From NCBI GenBank assembly GCA_051362555.1, contig CM120641.1, positions 186,001 through 250,000 of the forward strand: 64,000 nucleotides of DNA. The letters are read 5' to 3'. The notes under the pieces are model-generated. The model was not told the DNA's origin. It saw only the letters and a program-made list of their open reading frames with translations, and did no database searches. Shown one piece after another: positions 15,855 to 26,811 of this stretch; within the stretch, counting starts at the first letter, position 1, and every line of letters starts with the position of its first letter. This DNA comes from Lingula anatina (Eukaryota; Animalia; Brachiopoda). The position numbers were made by a program, and so were the translations under genes.

Positions 15855-16143
15855 TGAGGGCCCCATTGGGGGGGGGGGGCGGTAAACACAGTACACGAGA
15901 AATAAAATAATCATTTCACATACCACAGTAAATAAAATTTTATTCATATCTCAATGATAGTGTGTGTCAAAAATCACGCATCACCGGGTATAATGACTTT
16001 GTTTCACGAAGGGCGGAGGATTAAAAGCCGCATTCACGAGTCGGGGTGCTTCAAGAATCACGCTTAATAAAATGAACCTTTCACACACCTCGGGAAATAA
16101 AAAGGGCTTTCCCGGGTAACAATAATACCCAATGGGACCCTCA
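15855..16143. mobile_element. Putative MITE
   Basis: Imperfect 16-bp inverted ends TGAGGGCCCCATTGGG / CCCAATGGGACCCTCA (one mismatch); no clear TSD. Confidence 0.45.
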
Positions 16144-16483
16144 CTTCTTTTTTAAATTCAGGACACGGTAATCATACATGACGTCAGGTCAAAATAAAAG
16201 CCTTATTCAGAAGCCTTTACAAATATTAAAATAGGTATGAATACCACTACTCAGGTGAAAGAGATTCATTGGACTTAGGGTAGACCGAACGTTGAGTTGC
16301 TTCCTCTGACACTGGACGTAGTAGGTCAACATTAGTATATATCATACATTATATGAACAGCACAGATACAGAAGTGGGTAAGTTGTCTTGATATTGATTA
16401 CATATAGACATAGATTACATATAGATTACATATAGACATATATTTTATATCAATTCAGCAAAATATTGACAGGTAAAGGCGAC

Positions 16484-16493
16484 GGAAATTTCC
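16484..16493. promoter_or_regulatory. Palindromic kB-like site upstream of DED-like gene 2
   Basis: GGAAATTTCC in the same GCGACGGAAATT context as paralog 1; followed by an AP-1-like TGACTTA. Confidence 0.45.
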
Positions 16494-16748
16494 ATGACTT
16501 AATAAAATTCCCATTGCTAAAAATAACCTTTATGAAGTCCTTACGATAATACTCAAACTTATTTGCCATTTTGTCTCAGATTTAAGAAAGGGGGAGTGAT
16601 TGTTTAACGTTTACTTTAAATTTGACAGTGTTGGATTTCACGTTTAAAAAAGATTGGAGATAAGAAAACTTTCATTATCTTGTATTTTCCGATCTCTTAG
16701 TCGAGCACAAATTAAAGTTACAGTTTCTTTTTAAAGGGGGATTTTGAG

Positions 16749-17102
16749 ATGGAACCAGAGCGGCCAAAGTACATTCACAGCCACCTGAGCGTTGAGTTGC
16801 AAAGGAAGATGAGAAAGCGTGATTTTTTGACCATGAAACAGCTTGCATTGGGATTAAAAGGTTGCGAAGCGGGAGAAATAGAGGCGGTAGAGGATATGCA
16901 CGATTTGTTCAACTTGATGAATAACAAGGACATTATTTCAGTTGGAAACTACGAAGCGCTGAAGAAAATGGTGACGGATGCTAAAATAATAGTATTGCTA
17001 AAAGTCATTGAAGAAGCAGAGAACAAAATACATAATTATTGTAAGTATAAACGTGTTAGGTACGTGAAAGGAGATGGTTTACCGGTGCTCTTAGAGTGCA
17101 CG

Positions 17103-17134
<32 letters not shown>

Positions 17135-17155
17135 TTCGTGTGTGTGTGTGTGTCA

Positions 17156-17216
<61 letters not shown>

Positions 17217-17412
17217 TTACTCACCCAGGAGAGAGCACAGCGCTAAACAAGCAGCGGCCTATTCACTTACGATAAGGTCTGTTGCCTTTCATCTAGATTC
17301 TGTAATTTCTGTTATATTTTAATTGAATTCTTGAACTGATTTCTTACTTATTTTTTGTCTTGGGGTACTTGCAGTTGCAGCAAGCGCGCCACCGCCGAAC
17401 ATGTATATGTAA
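16749..17412 (+). CDS. Short DED-like protein, paralog 2; exon 16749-17040 plus probable exon 17375-17412 (~109 aa)
   Basis: MEPERPKYIHSHLSVEL...MHDLFNLMNNKDIISVGNYEALKKMVTDA...VIEEAENKI aligns with paralog 1; same phase-1 donor (T|GTAAGT) followed by a microsatellite intron; second exon less certain. Confidence 0.65.
17102..17212. repeat. (GT)n/(GCGT)n/(GA)n microsatellite in DED-like gene 2 intron
   Basis: Seen directly. Confidence 0.95.
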
Positions 17413-17952
17413 GAAGTTAAAGCCTGCCGGCCTCTCTACAGCAACGCATACAACTGAGAGCAGCATCGGCTGAGAGTGACATTTTGTTTCTTTCTACTAG
17501 GACCACAGATTGATTTTTCACTAGATATTCACAGATATGTTTCTGGCCATTTATGAACTTTTTTCTGTGAGTGTTAAGTAACATACGCTGCATAAAACGT
17601 AAGATGGCCGACGAGCTGGAGACTGGGGTGTGCTAGCTCGCAAAAGTTACCGTCAGTCAAGGGATGTACGGGGTGACAGAACGATCGGGGTGAGTTACGA
17701 TGACATGAATAGACCGTGCACCGATATGTGAGCCTGTTTTTGACAACTGTGTAACAAAAGTGCTTTTTTGGCGGCTTTCGTATATATAACATTCCAAGTG
17801 CAGATTGGACTAAGCATGAGTACTATTCATAAACAAAGGTAAATGTACAGTAAGCGAAATATTGCGTAACACTATAAGTGCCCTGATCAGAGAACATCAG
17901 TGAATTGCTGCCTCATTATCTATTCTACCTGCACTATTAATGTGTACAGTGT

Positions 17953-18840
17953 ATGGTTCATCGCCCCATGATGAATGGAACTAAAGAATCAAACGAGCGT
18001 AATGACTCGAAAACATCTCAGTCAACGAAAAGACTTCACTCGGAACTCTCAAACTCCAGTGGCGATGAATCTCAACTCATTATGCAAGAAATGCTAGAAA
18101 TTAAAACTGAATTAAAACAAATAATAAAAGATGAGGTGGGCGAAATTAAAACTATGGTTGGCGTGATGGTCAAGGACTTAAAAGAAGCCATGGAAAATCG
18201 GTTTTTAGAAATGGAAATGAAATTCGACGTGAGATTCGGAAGACTGAAAGAGGGATACGATCACCTGTCAACTGAAAATGAACTATTGAAAGAGCAGATT
18301 ATGGACAATAAAAGAGAAATTACAAGGTTAGCAAAAATAGCAGAGGAAGCTGGCAACATGTCCAAAGAAGCTCAAATCAATGCCAACTACAATGAGCAAT
18401 ACTCTCGAAAAAATAACATCAAGATCTACGGAGTGAAAGAGGAGAAAAATGAAGACATGGTCGGCTTGGTGTCCAAACTGCTACTGACGGAAACGGGTGT
18501 ACGGGTGACCAGTGAAGAGATCGTTGCCGTTCACAGGATACCTGGAAAGCGAGGACAGGAAAGACCAATATTACTGAAAGTAAAGAACACTGATGTGAAA
18601 GCACGGATTATGAAAAAGCGTGCAGTACTCAGAAAATCGGGAAAGAATATGAAACTTTCAGACGATGTAACCAAACGTAACATTGAGCTTTTACACAGAC
18701 TAAATGAGAGTCAGCTAATAGAACAAGCGTGGTATTTTAACGGGAGCGTCTATGGCAAACCAAAAAACACTGATGACAAAATAAAATTCGACATATTTGA
18801 CATCATTGACGAAAAAATAAAAAAGAAAAACTATAAATAA
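17953..18840 (+). CDS. LINE ORF1 protein (coiled coil plus L1-like RRM/CTD), 295 aa
   Basis: Heptad-rich middle, then EQYSRKNNIKIYGVKE, IVAVHRIPG...RPILLK, LSDDVT, AWYFNGSVY, all typical of ORF1p. Confidence 0.9.
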   Translation: MVHRPMMNGTKESNERNDSKTSQSTKRLHSELSNSSGDESQLIMQEMLEIKTELKQIIKDEVGEIKTMVGVMVKDLKEAMENRFLEMEMKFDVRFGRLKEGYDHLSTENELLKEQIMDNKREITRLAKIAEEAGNMSKEAQINANYNEQYSRKNNIKIYGVKEEKNEDMVGLVSKLLLTETGVRVTSEEIVAVHRIPGKRGQERPILLKVKNTDVKARIMKKRAVLRKSGKNMKLSDDVTKRNIELLHRLNESQLIEQAWYFNGSVYGKPKNTDDKIKFDIFDIIDEKIKKKNYK

Positions 18841-19174
18841 AATGCAAAAGACTTATTATAAACTGTACAGGTACATCTTTCTGTCTGACGATGGTATATA
18901 ATCAGGACTAAACTGATTATGACGACTTATGTGTGTAATGTTGTAAGCGAAGCGTTGCATGTGTTTCTGTATATTTATTCATTTTGTTTCTTATCCACTC
19001 TACCAAGCCAGTTCTCATTCGACTGCTTGGTTGTTGCTATATACTATGCACATCCGCTTCCTTTTCCCCCCTTTTTTCCTCTGACTATGAACTCTAGTTT
19101 TCCAAAATATAACCTAAGAGGACTGAGGGGAGGGCATGGCTGGGGACGGGGGTACTTGATGATCATTCACATGA

Positions 19175-22100
19175 ATGGGGATTAGTTTAGGTCAGTGGAG
19201 GGTCGCAATTGGCCATTTTTATTGTGTTATACATAAGCTATCGTCTGGATCATGCAAACTGACACCCGTCACACTTCACCTGACATCAAAGGTGACTCTG
19301 TTCCTAGTAACTATCATCATGCTTGAGATCATTCTACTATCCGGAGATATCCACCCCAACCCAGGGCCGTACTCGATCCCCCTTACCATACTTTTCTCAA
19401 ACATAAGGAGTCTTAGCGCGGACGCTGATGAACGCTTCGAGAGCCTTAAAATAAGAATTAAAAATGCTAAAGCTGACGTAGTTGGGCTTTGCGAAGCAGG
19501 AAATATCTGTAGGATAGATCGGATTGAAGAGTATAATATTGAAGGCTTTCAAGTACCCGTATTTTCAAATAATGGCCGAGGGCTTATCTTGTATATGTGC
19601 GATGATATAATGTATAAAGAACGAACTGATCTTCAATTAGATGGGTTGGACTGCCTATGGGTGGAGCTGCGAGTGAAGCATAAAACTCTTCTTTACGGTG
19701 TATTCTACAGATCTCCTAATCAATCAGCCCAACAGAGGAACATTTTCATGTCCCTTCTATCCGAATGCCTTGAGAAAACAAGACGCTCTCGGCATGACGG
19801 AATCATAATAAATGGCGATTTTAATGCTCATAACAGACAATGGTTTCTGGAGGGAGGTGATGACGTGCCAGGTCGAATGTTAAGCGACATATTTTGCGAA
19901 CATGGCCTTGACCAGTTAATAAATGAGCCAACCCGAATTCAAGGAAGCTCTGTCTCATGCATTGACCTGACTGTGACTGACATTCCCGGCCTGGTACTAA
20001 GATCTTCTGTGGAAGCACCGATTGGACGCACAGACCATGCTACATTAGTGACCTCCATAGATATAACTCTCTGTAAGCATTCGCCTTACTATAGAACTAT
20101 ATGGAAGTACGACCATGCAAACCCTGAAGGACTAAAAACCGAAATAACCCAGTTCGACTGGGACGGCATGTTTAAACTCGAGTCCGATGTCCACCTGCTG
20201 ACTAAAAAATTTATCGATACGCTTATGTCCATATTTGAAAAACATATCCCAAGAAAACATAGTAAAGTACGTGGAAATGAGAACCCATGGTACAATGACA
20301 AAATTACACATGAATTAAATAGAAAGAGAAAATTGTACCAACGTGTAAAACTGAACCCGTCGCAAGTAAACATCGCCAGCTATGTTGCCCAAAGTAACCT
20401 GGTGAAGCAGTTAATATCTGAAACTAAAGACTCTTATTATAAAAGCCTAATCGAAGCACTTGAAGCTAAAACAGATAGTAAGAAACACTATTGGCCAACA
20501 TTGAAAAAACTTCTGGGTAATAAATTCAATCGGTCAATTCCGGTGATTGGAAATGTAAATACCGGTAATGTTGCTAATTCTGACGAAGAAAAAGCTGAGG
20601 TCTTCCTAAATCACTTTGGCAAAAGCTACCATTCTGATAATCAAAACTGTGATACAAATATCACTTTCCCACAAAGAACAGATGTTATTTTAACCGATCT
20701 CGACACAACACCCGAAGAAATAAGCTGTATAATAAATAGCCTGGACTCATCCAAGGCTAACGGACCAGACGGTATAACAGTAAGAATGTTAAAATTATGC
20801 AGTGTATCCATTGCTTATCCGCTATGCACCCTCTTTAACTTGATACTACAAACCGGCGTCTTTCCAGACATATGGAAAGAGGCATATATATGCCCAGTGC
20901 ACAAGAAAGGCAGCAAAACTGACGTAGAAAACTATAGACCTATCTCATTGTTAAGCGTTATATCTAAGGTCCTAGAGCGGATCATATATACGAGAATGAT
21001 TAGGCATGTTATGGACAATAAACTTCTCTATGACAGACAATCGGGTTTCCTGAGTGGACACAGCACAGAATATCAATTGCTTTCGATTGATAATCTGATT
21101 AGGGACAATTTCAGAAATGGTCTTGATACTAGAGGTATTTTCCTCGATTTTGCTGCTGCATTTGACAGCGTACCTCACAGTCTCTTATTGCTGAAACTTA
21201 TATCCTATGGTTTTAGAGGTAAACTGCACTCTCTCTTGGCCTCTTATCTGAACAATAGGAAAATCAGAGTGCGCATAAACGGTACCCTTTCAAAGGTCTC
21301 CGAGACAAACTACATCAATACCAGTGTTCCGCAAGGAAGTATACTCGGCCCGCTTCTATTTCTTCTGTATATAAACGACCTACTTGATGGTCTTATCTCG
21401 CACTGCTTCATATATGCTGATGATACTTCGATTTTTCTCCCGTCTACCCCGGACAACAGGAGAGCTCATGACATTCTCCAGTCTGATATCTCATACCTTG
21501 AAGCATGGTCAGTGAAGTGGAAATTATTTTTTAAACCAAAAAAGTGCAATGAAGTGATTTTTACTACGAAAAAAGAAAATGTAGAAAAGTACAGTCCACT
21601 TATTCTATGCAACACGGCTATAACACAGAAAAAATACCACAAACACCTTGGGTTTATTCTTGATCATAAACTTGACTGTTCCGAGCATATTACATATACT
21701 TTAAGCAAGGCCCAAAGTGCACTAAATCCTTTAAAATCGCTTTCTAAAACTTTACGATCTAAGCATCTTAACATACTTTACAATGCGTACATTTCTCCTT
21801 TGCTTGATTATTGCGATGTTCTCTATAGCACCGCGTCTCTACATAACCTATCAAAGCTATCCTCCCTCCAGTATCAAGCTGGCCTTAATATACTGGGGGC
21901 CCTTCCTGGCTCAAATCGCTGCAAAGTACTGAAACAGCTGAACTGGGTTTCACTAGAGGAACGTCGAAGAAACCACGCGAAAAAAATCATGTTCAATATC
22001 CACAATCAACTAGCACCTTCCTATGTCTCTACCTATTTCATTCCGTTTAGAAATAAATACATGCTACCTCTACGGACAACATCTAAACGAGACTACATAA

Positions 22101-22597
22101 TTCCCTCTAAATTCACATACAAAGGTCCCGAACACTTTTTGATGACAAGCTGGGATGAACTAAACACCACTCAAAAAAATCTTCCTTCTGCATCCTCCCT
22201 TAAGTATAACCTTAGAAATGAAACCTTCCCAGCAACAATGTCCACTACCCATCTGAAGCTTCCGAGACAAAATGAAAAAATCCTAAATAAGGCCCGAGTC
22301 GATTTGTTATTTAGAGCCCAACTATATGACCACAACTGGACAGCTATGGCTTCTCCCAACTGTTTATGTGGGAAACCCGAAACTATCCGACATTTTTTCT
22401 TTCAATGCCCACTGAAACAGAGGAAATATCGTGATCTCTACGAATCTGTTGAAGATATACTTGGTGTAACTTATGCATATTTCAGAACCCAACTAGATAA
22501 GATATCCCTCTTCCTACATGGCCATAAAACACTAACATCTGGACAAAACGACAAGATTTTCGAAATAGTGTCAGATTTCTTAATCAAAAATGTCTGA
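19175..22597 (+). CDS. LINE ORF2 protein: hydrophobic leader with 2A-like motif, AP endonuclease, reverse transcriptase, C-terminal Cys/His knuckle (1140 aa)
   Basis: APE motifs NIRSL, GDFNA, PTR, CIDL, TDH; RT motifs YRPISLL, FLDFAAAFDSVPH, VPQGSILGPLLFLLYINDL, YADDT, HLG; C-terminal CLCGKPETIRHFFFQC. Confidence 0.96.
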   Translation: MGISLGQWRVAIGHFYCVIHKLSSGSCKLTPVTLHLTSKVTLFLVTIIMLEIILLSGDIHPNPGPYSIPLTILFSNIRSLSADADERFESLKIRIKNAKADVVGLCEAGNICRIDRIEEYNIEGFQVPVFSNNGRGLILYMCDDIMYKERTDLQLDGLDCLWVELRVKHKTLLYGVFYRSPNQSAQQRNIFMSLLSECLEKTRRSRHDGIIINGDFNAHNRQWFLEGGDDVPGRMLSDIFCEHGLDQLINEPTRIQGSSVSCIDLTVTDIPGLVLRSSVEAPIGRTDHATLVTSIDITLCKHSPYYRTIWKYDHANPEGLKTEITQFDWDGMFKLESDVHLLTKKFIDTLMSIFEKHIPRKHSKVRGNENPWYNDKITHELNRKRKLYQRVKLNPSQVNIASYVAQSNLVKQLISETKDSYYKSLIEALEAKTDSKKHYWPTLKKLLGNKFNRSIPVIGNVNTGNVANSDEEKAEVFLNHFGKSYHSDNQNCDTNITFPQRTDVILTDLDTTPEEISCIINSLDSSKANGPDGITVRMLKLCSVSIAYPLCTLFNLILQTGVFPDIWKEAYICPVHKKGSKTDVENYRPISLLSVISKVLERIIYTRMIRHVMDNKLLYDRQSGFLSGHSTEYQLLSIDNLIRDNFRNGLDTRGIFLDFAAAFDSVPHSLLLLKLISYGFRGKLHSLLASYLNNRKIRVRINGTLSKVSETNYINTSVPQGSILGPLLFLLYINDLLDGLISHCFIYADDTSIFLPSTPDNRRAHDILQSDISYLEAWSVKWKLFFKPKKCNEVIFTTKKENVEKYSPLILCNTAITQKKYHKHLGFILDHKLDCSEHITYTLSKAQSALNPLKSLSKTLRSKHLNILYNAYISPLLDYCDVLYSTASLHNLSKLSSLQYQAGLNILGALPGSNRCKVLKQLNWVSLEERRRNHAKKIMFNIHNQLAPSYVSTYFIPFRNKYMLPLRTTSKRDYIIPSKFTYKGPEHFLMTSWDELNTTQKNLPSASSLKYNLRNETFPATMSTTHLKLPRQNEKILNKARVDLLFRAQLYDHNWTAMASPNCLCGKPETIRHFFFQCPLKQRKYRDLYESVEDILGVTYAYFRTQLDKISLFLHGHKTLTSGQNDKIFEIVSDFLIKNV

Positions 22598-22742
22598 ATC
22601 TTCTTCCATTTCTGTTCTGGCGCCTACCACTCTCTCCTGATGGCCCATTGCCCCCCCCCCCCCATAATTACCTTTCCCCCATGCCCTGTCCCTCACTCCC
22701 CTCTAATGCCATTCATGTCCTCGTCACCGTCTTTTTCTTGAA

Positions 22743-22806
<64 letters not shown>
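22743..22806. repeat. (ATT)n microsatellite in LINE 3' UTR
   Basis: About 21 ATT units seen directly. Confidence 0.95.
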
Positions 22807-22808
<2 letters not shown>

Positions 22809-22894
22809 ATTTCAAAGGTGAGCATATAATGCCTAGGCGAATTGCCACCTTTATTTATACTGTATCAATATGTAACCCTCTTGAGAATAAAGAT

Positions 22895-22931
<37 letters not shown>

Positions 22932-25109
22932 GCTGCATTAATTAAAAGGTATAGGGGGCGAATAAATTTAATTAAGTGAGTTTTGTTTGAGCGGGAGGGG
23001 GGGGGGGTACTACGGGACCAGATCTTAACCTCCTTAGCCCTACCTGTAGCTGATCAAGGTATTAATTATTGGCGTCGGGTTCGGGTACCACTGAAGGGTG
23101 TACAATGCCATTCGGTAGGGTTTAGCACTATAATTCAGCTTGTCAGTGATGACGATAGAAATAACCGAAGGGGGAGTCAGGACCCCCCTTGACACCCTCT
23201 AAATCCGCCACTGCAGCAGGAAAGCAAGACATAGTGATACTTGTAGGTGATAAGTAAAGGAATAACATATCTTGTTCCCAAAATTCCCTATATTAAAAAT
23301 AATGATTTAGAAAACACATTGTATAGCGTTTGAAATTAATAAAATGAGATTGAAAAGAAATCGAATCAAAAGGTCGAAAAGTGGTACGCACGCGTCATAG
23401 GTCCGTCCCTTAGCCCTTTTACTATGGTTTAAGTTTAATTTGTCAGTGATGACGATAGAAATAATCTGCCACTCTGTAGTGCCTTATCAAAATTTTCTGG
23501 TATGTACGGATTTTGAATTGTTAATTGTTGTATTTCTATTTTTTGCAGAATATCATTTTTTGTACGTTTCTACTCCAGTGTGATATATTATTATTAACCC
23601 TTCAATTTACTTTCACAAACTATTAGTTTATAGTATTGTTCATCTGTGTGATGTGAATGTTTTCTGACTTTTTATCATGGACAGTATAATTTCAAATCGT
23701 AATCACATCTATTATTTTTTTGATATTCACGTTTTAACCACATGTAAACACCAAAAAGAATGTATGTAAGAACTGTTGATATTGTAATTGTTCTCTATGA
23801 CATCAAGCCACCACGAGTTTTGTGTTTGTCAATGCATCATAATGTATAGAATTGTTATTCTTATTGCCCTGTTGCATTATCCACTTCTTAAAATGTCTAA
23901 AGTTATGTTATCATACACCAAATATACATCAGCATTCCACTCTCCGATAAACCGGGCGTCTTTGTTTAAAATTGAGTATGTCGGAGGAAGTATATATATA
24001 TGGAGTATTATAATTGTTCATTTTTAATATTTGGTTGGAGTAAATAGTTTGAACTGTACTTAGCATCCATAATGTTGTGGGGGTATAAGTACAGAATAGT
24101 ATAGACAATACCGAGGTCAGGAGTGTACAATCCACCATGCTATGTGTGAGCAATTACTCCTCGTGTAGACCAATCCTGGCAAATGATCATGAAGTACTCT
24201 ATGTATATATCCCTAAATAACTATTTGTGTAATAATAATGGTTATTCATATATGTATTTTTTATATTTAATATAGTTTGTTGTATTGTCTATGATTGTAC
24301 CTTTTACTTGAAAGTGTGAATCAATAAAGAATGTGAATCTGAATAGCGGCTTATGTCTATCTGTACACCGTTTTTTTTTTTAAGAATTCGCTTTTCGTAT
24401 ACAAATCTCTTATTCTGGTAACAGAAATGGTTACTGATACCTAACAATATCATCATTTTTGTGTAGATATGGCAAAATAGGTTAGTTTCTTTTAAGACAT
24501 TTTTAAAAATATATTTTCTTTTATACCTTTATTTATAAATATTTTCCTTTTATACCTCGGGAGATTATAGGTCTACTAGTGGTGGTAGATTTCCAATTGT
24601 TTCTATTTCCACCTAAAGAGAAGTTCCAACTTAAAAGTTGAACTCTGTCCCACCCACCCCAAACCACTAAGTTCCAATTTAAGACGCTCACTGCCTGCAA
24701 ATAGAAGGGGTAGATATGCCCCCCCCCCTCCTCCGAACAGTACATGTGCCCACTGTTTAAATCTAAGGAGGTCAAAGACTTAGCTGCCCAGCTTACGATG
24801 ACCTCCGGTGCCCTTTTATAGCTAAGATCCGAAGCTTCCTTAATGTTTGGGTGAAAAAAACGTGTTTTTCGTCGACCAAGCTTAATGTGAACATATAAAC
24901 GATTGCGGTGAGCTCTTTAAAAGCCATAATTGGATCCGTGGCGATGGGCAGAGTACGTTTACAGCTATCACCGCGGTTTTCTTCTTTGTCCTGGTGATAT
25001 GGTTATCAAATAAATGAAACAAGACTGTGGTTCATAGTCCAACTAAGAAGATATTTTCTTTGAACGAGAAAAAGATCACATCAATAAGAAGCGCTCATTC
25101 CGGATTTTG

Positions 25110-25355
25110 GGAAAAAAATGGATTTTCTTGGGGTTAGCGACAATTCCCCATACTTACCTTCATGAATCTGTTCCGGCATTCACATTAAGTCCCTGTTTTT
25201 TTTCTTTGTTAAGAGAATAATTACAGACGCTAGCCATCTTTACAGGCCACGTGGTCAAGCACAGATTCCAGAATAATTGCGATAACCGCTGTTTTGGTGG
25301 TAAAATAGAATATTTGTTATTTCAATGAGTTGTTCACTATGTGAAATATGGATAT
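25110..25355 (-). mobile_element. Partial inverted copy of the 30939-31285 MITE family
   Basis: Reverse complement shares TATCCATATTTCACA, TTTTACCACCAAAAC, GCAATTATTCTGGAAT.TGTGCTTG, CAGGGACT, GGTAAGTATGGG, GAAAATCCATTTTTT with 30957-31260. Confidence 0.75.
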
Positions 25356-26811
25356 CGAAGAGTTCTATAGCACGGCAGTGTTTTAAGTGTAAAACTAAAA
25401 AGTAAATAATTCATTTTCACAATTACTCACTAACTAACGACGCACAAACACTGATCAAATATAATAACATTCCGATCTCAAGTAAACAGAAGCCGAAGCC
25501 GAAGACCTCTATTGGTCAGCAAACGTGTCGCTTTAATTATTTTCTTTCATTTCACAATTATGACCATTATTGGTTATTATTATTACTATCATTTTAATAA
25601 TCCCCTATGTTAGTGTACAATCCCTTTACTGTCAGCAGTGACTCAACGTGTTGATAAAACCTAACATACGGTATGGTTATAAAATACTTTCTTTATATAG
25701 GGGCCTATGTGTAACTATGTAACTGTTTTATAATTACTAATTGACGTAAAGTAGTTAGTTGTTATGGTTTTGATTGCACCTTAGATGTGAAGGTATAAAG
25801 ATATTCATTCACTCTATATAACAAAATCACTTTCACATGTAATGTATTTCCATCAAAACATTGAAAACGAAAGTAGAAGCGAAATAGAAAACGTTACGTT
25901 ACAATCTGTGTCAAAATTGACGAGAAGCGCAATTCTAACAAATCTGCCAAATCGCTGTGTATTAATATGCCAGTGTTAAGTGTCAATAAGTAATAAACGC
26001 GAAAGAACTTACAATACTCACTTGTGTCTTGCATTAAAACGGAACAAAATTATTGCATAACGTAGGCCTATTATATCCGTTTCACTAAAAATACTGAAGG
26101 TAAAAGCAATGTTCTTTTAAATAGCAATCTAATTAATACAATTGACAAATACATTGTGTATATGACTTACTTGACTTAGCGTATCTATGGTCGCAAACAC
26201 GTCGTCCACATTCGCCTGTCTACGGCAAGAAGAGGAACAGTCTAGCGCGGTGGACGCACACAAGGAAATGCATCAGCCAATAAACTTTTCATTTTGCTCA
26301 TTAAGCCGGCTCAGGTCACCCTTGACGTGCAAGGGTCAAAGGACGGATCCATCAGCCTCTGCTTAAACAAAATACCATCTGTCTACTTAAATATGTAAAG
26401 CAAAATTAGGCATATTGAATACATAATATGAAAATAATAATTTTGAAAAATAAGCTGTTGCAATGAAAGCATATGCCACTCAACCACCAAATTACATTGT
26501 GTGTTTTACCGCGGTGTTTTTTTTTTTTTTTTTTCTTAACTATTTTAAGGCATTTTGTTTCACGGATGCGCACAAGGATGTTGTAATCCTACCTTAAAAA
26601 ATGCGAAAAAAATTTCTCACAACCGTCATCGTTTGTAGTTGAGAGAAGTCAGGCAATTGCATTGTGTTAGTAGTGAAGCTACTCCGTCGCAATGGGTTGT
26701 TGTTTCTAGATTTGGAAAGTAGGTCGCTGTTTATCTCCCACTTATAACTCAGATCACTAGGACATAATAGCAGCACTACAGAGCGTGGTCGTCCCTGATC
26801 AGCTAGGAACC

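Larger units (their letters stand above)
17594..22929 (+). mobile_element. Full-length non-LTR retrotransposon (LINE, APE-RT type, CR1/L2-group-like)
   Basis: Two intact ORFs; 3' UTR with (ATT)n, AATAAA and poly(A) tail; 9-bp direct repeat ACGCTGCAT at 17585-17593 and 22930-22938; YY1-type AAGATGGCCG at 17601-17610. Confidence 0.92.

Noticed and set aside
23500-24345. Possible decayed retroelement 3' end (AATAAA followed by TGAATCTGAA)
   Set aside because: No recognisable RT motif could be translated; evidence too weak.
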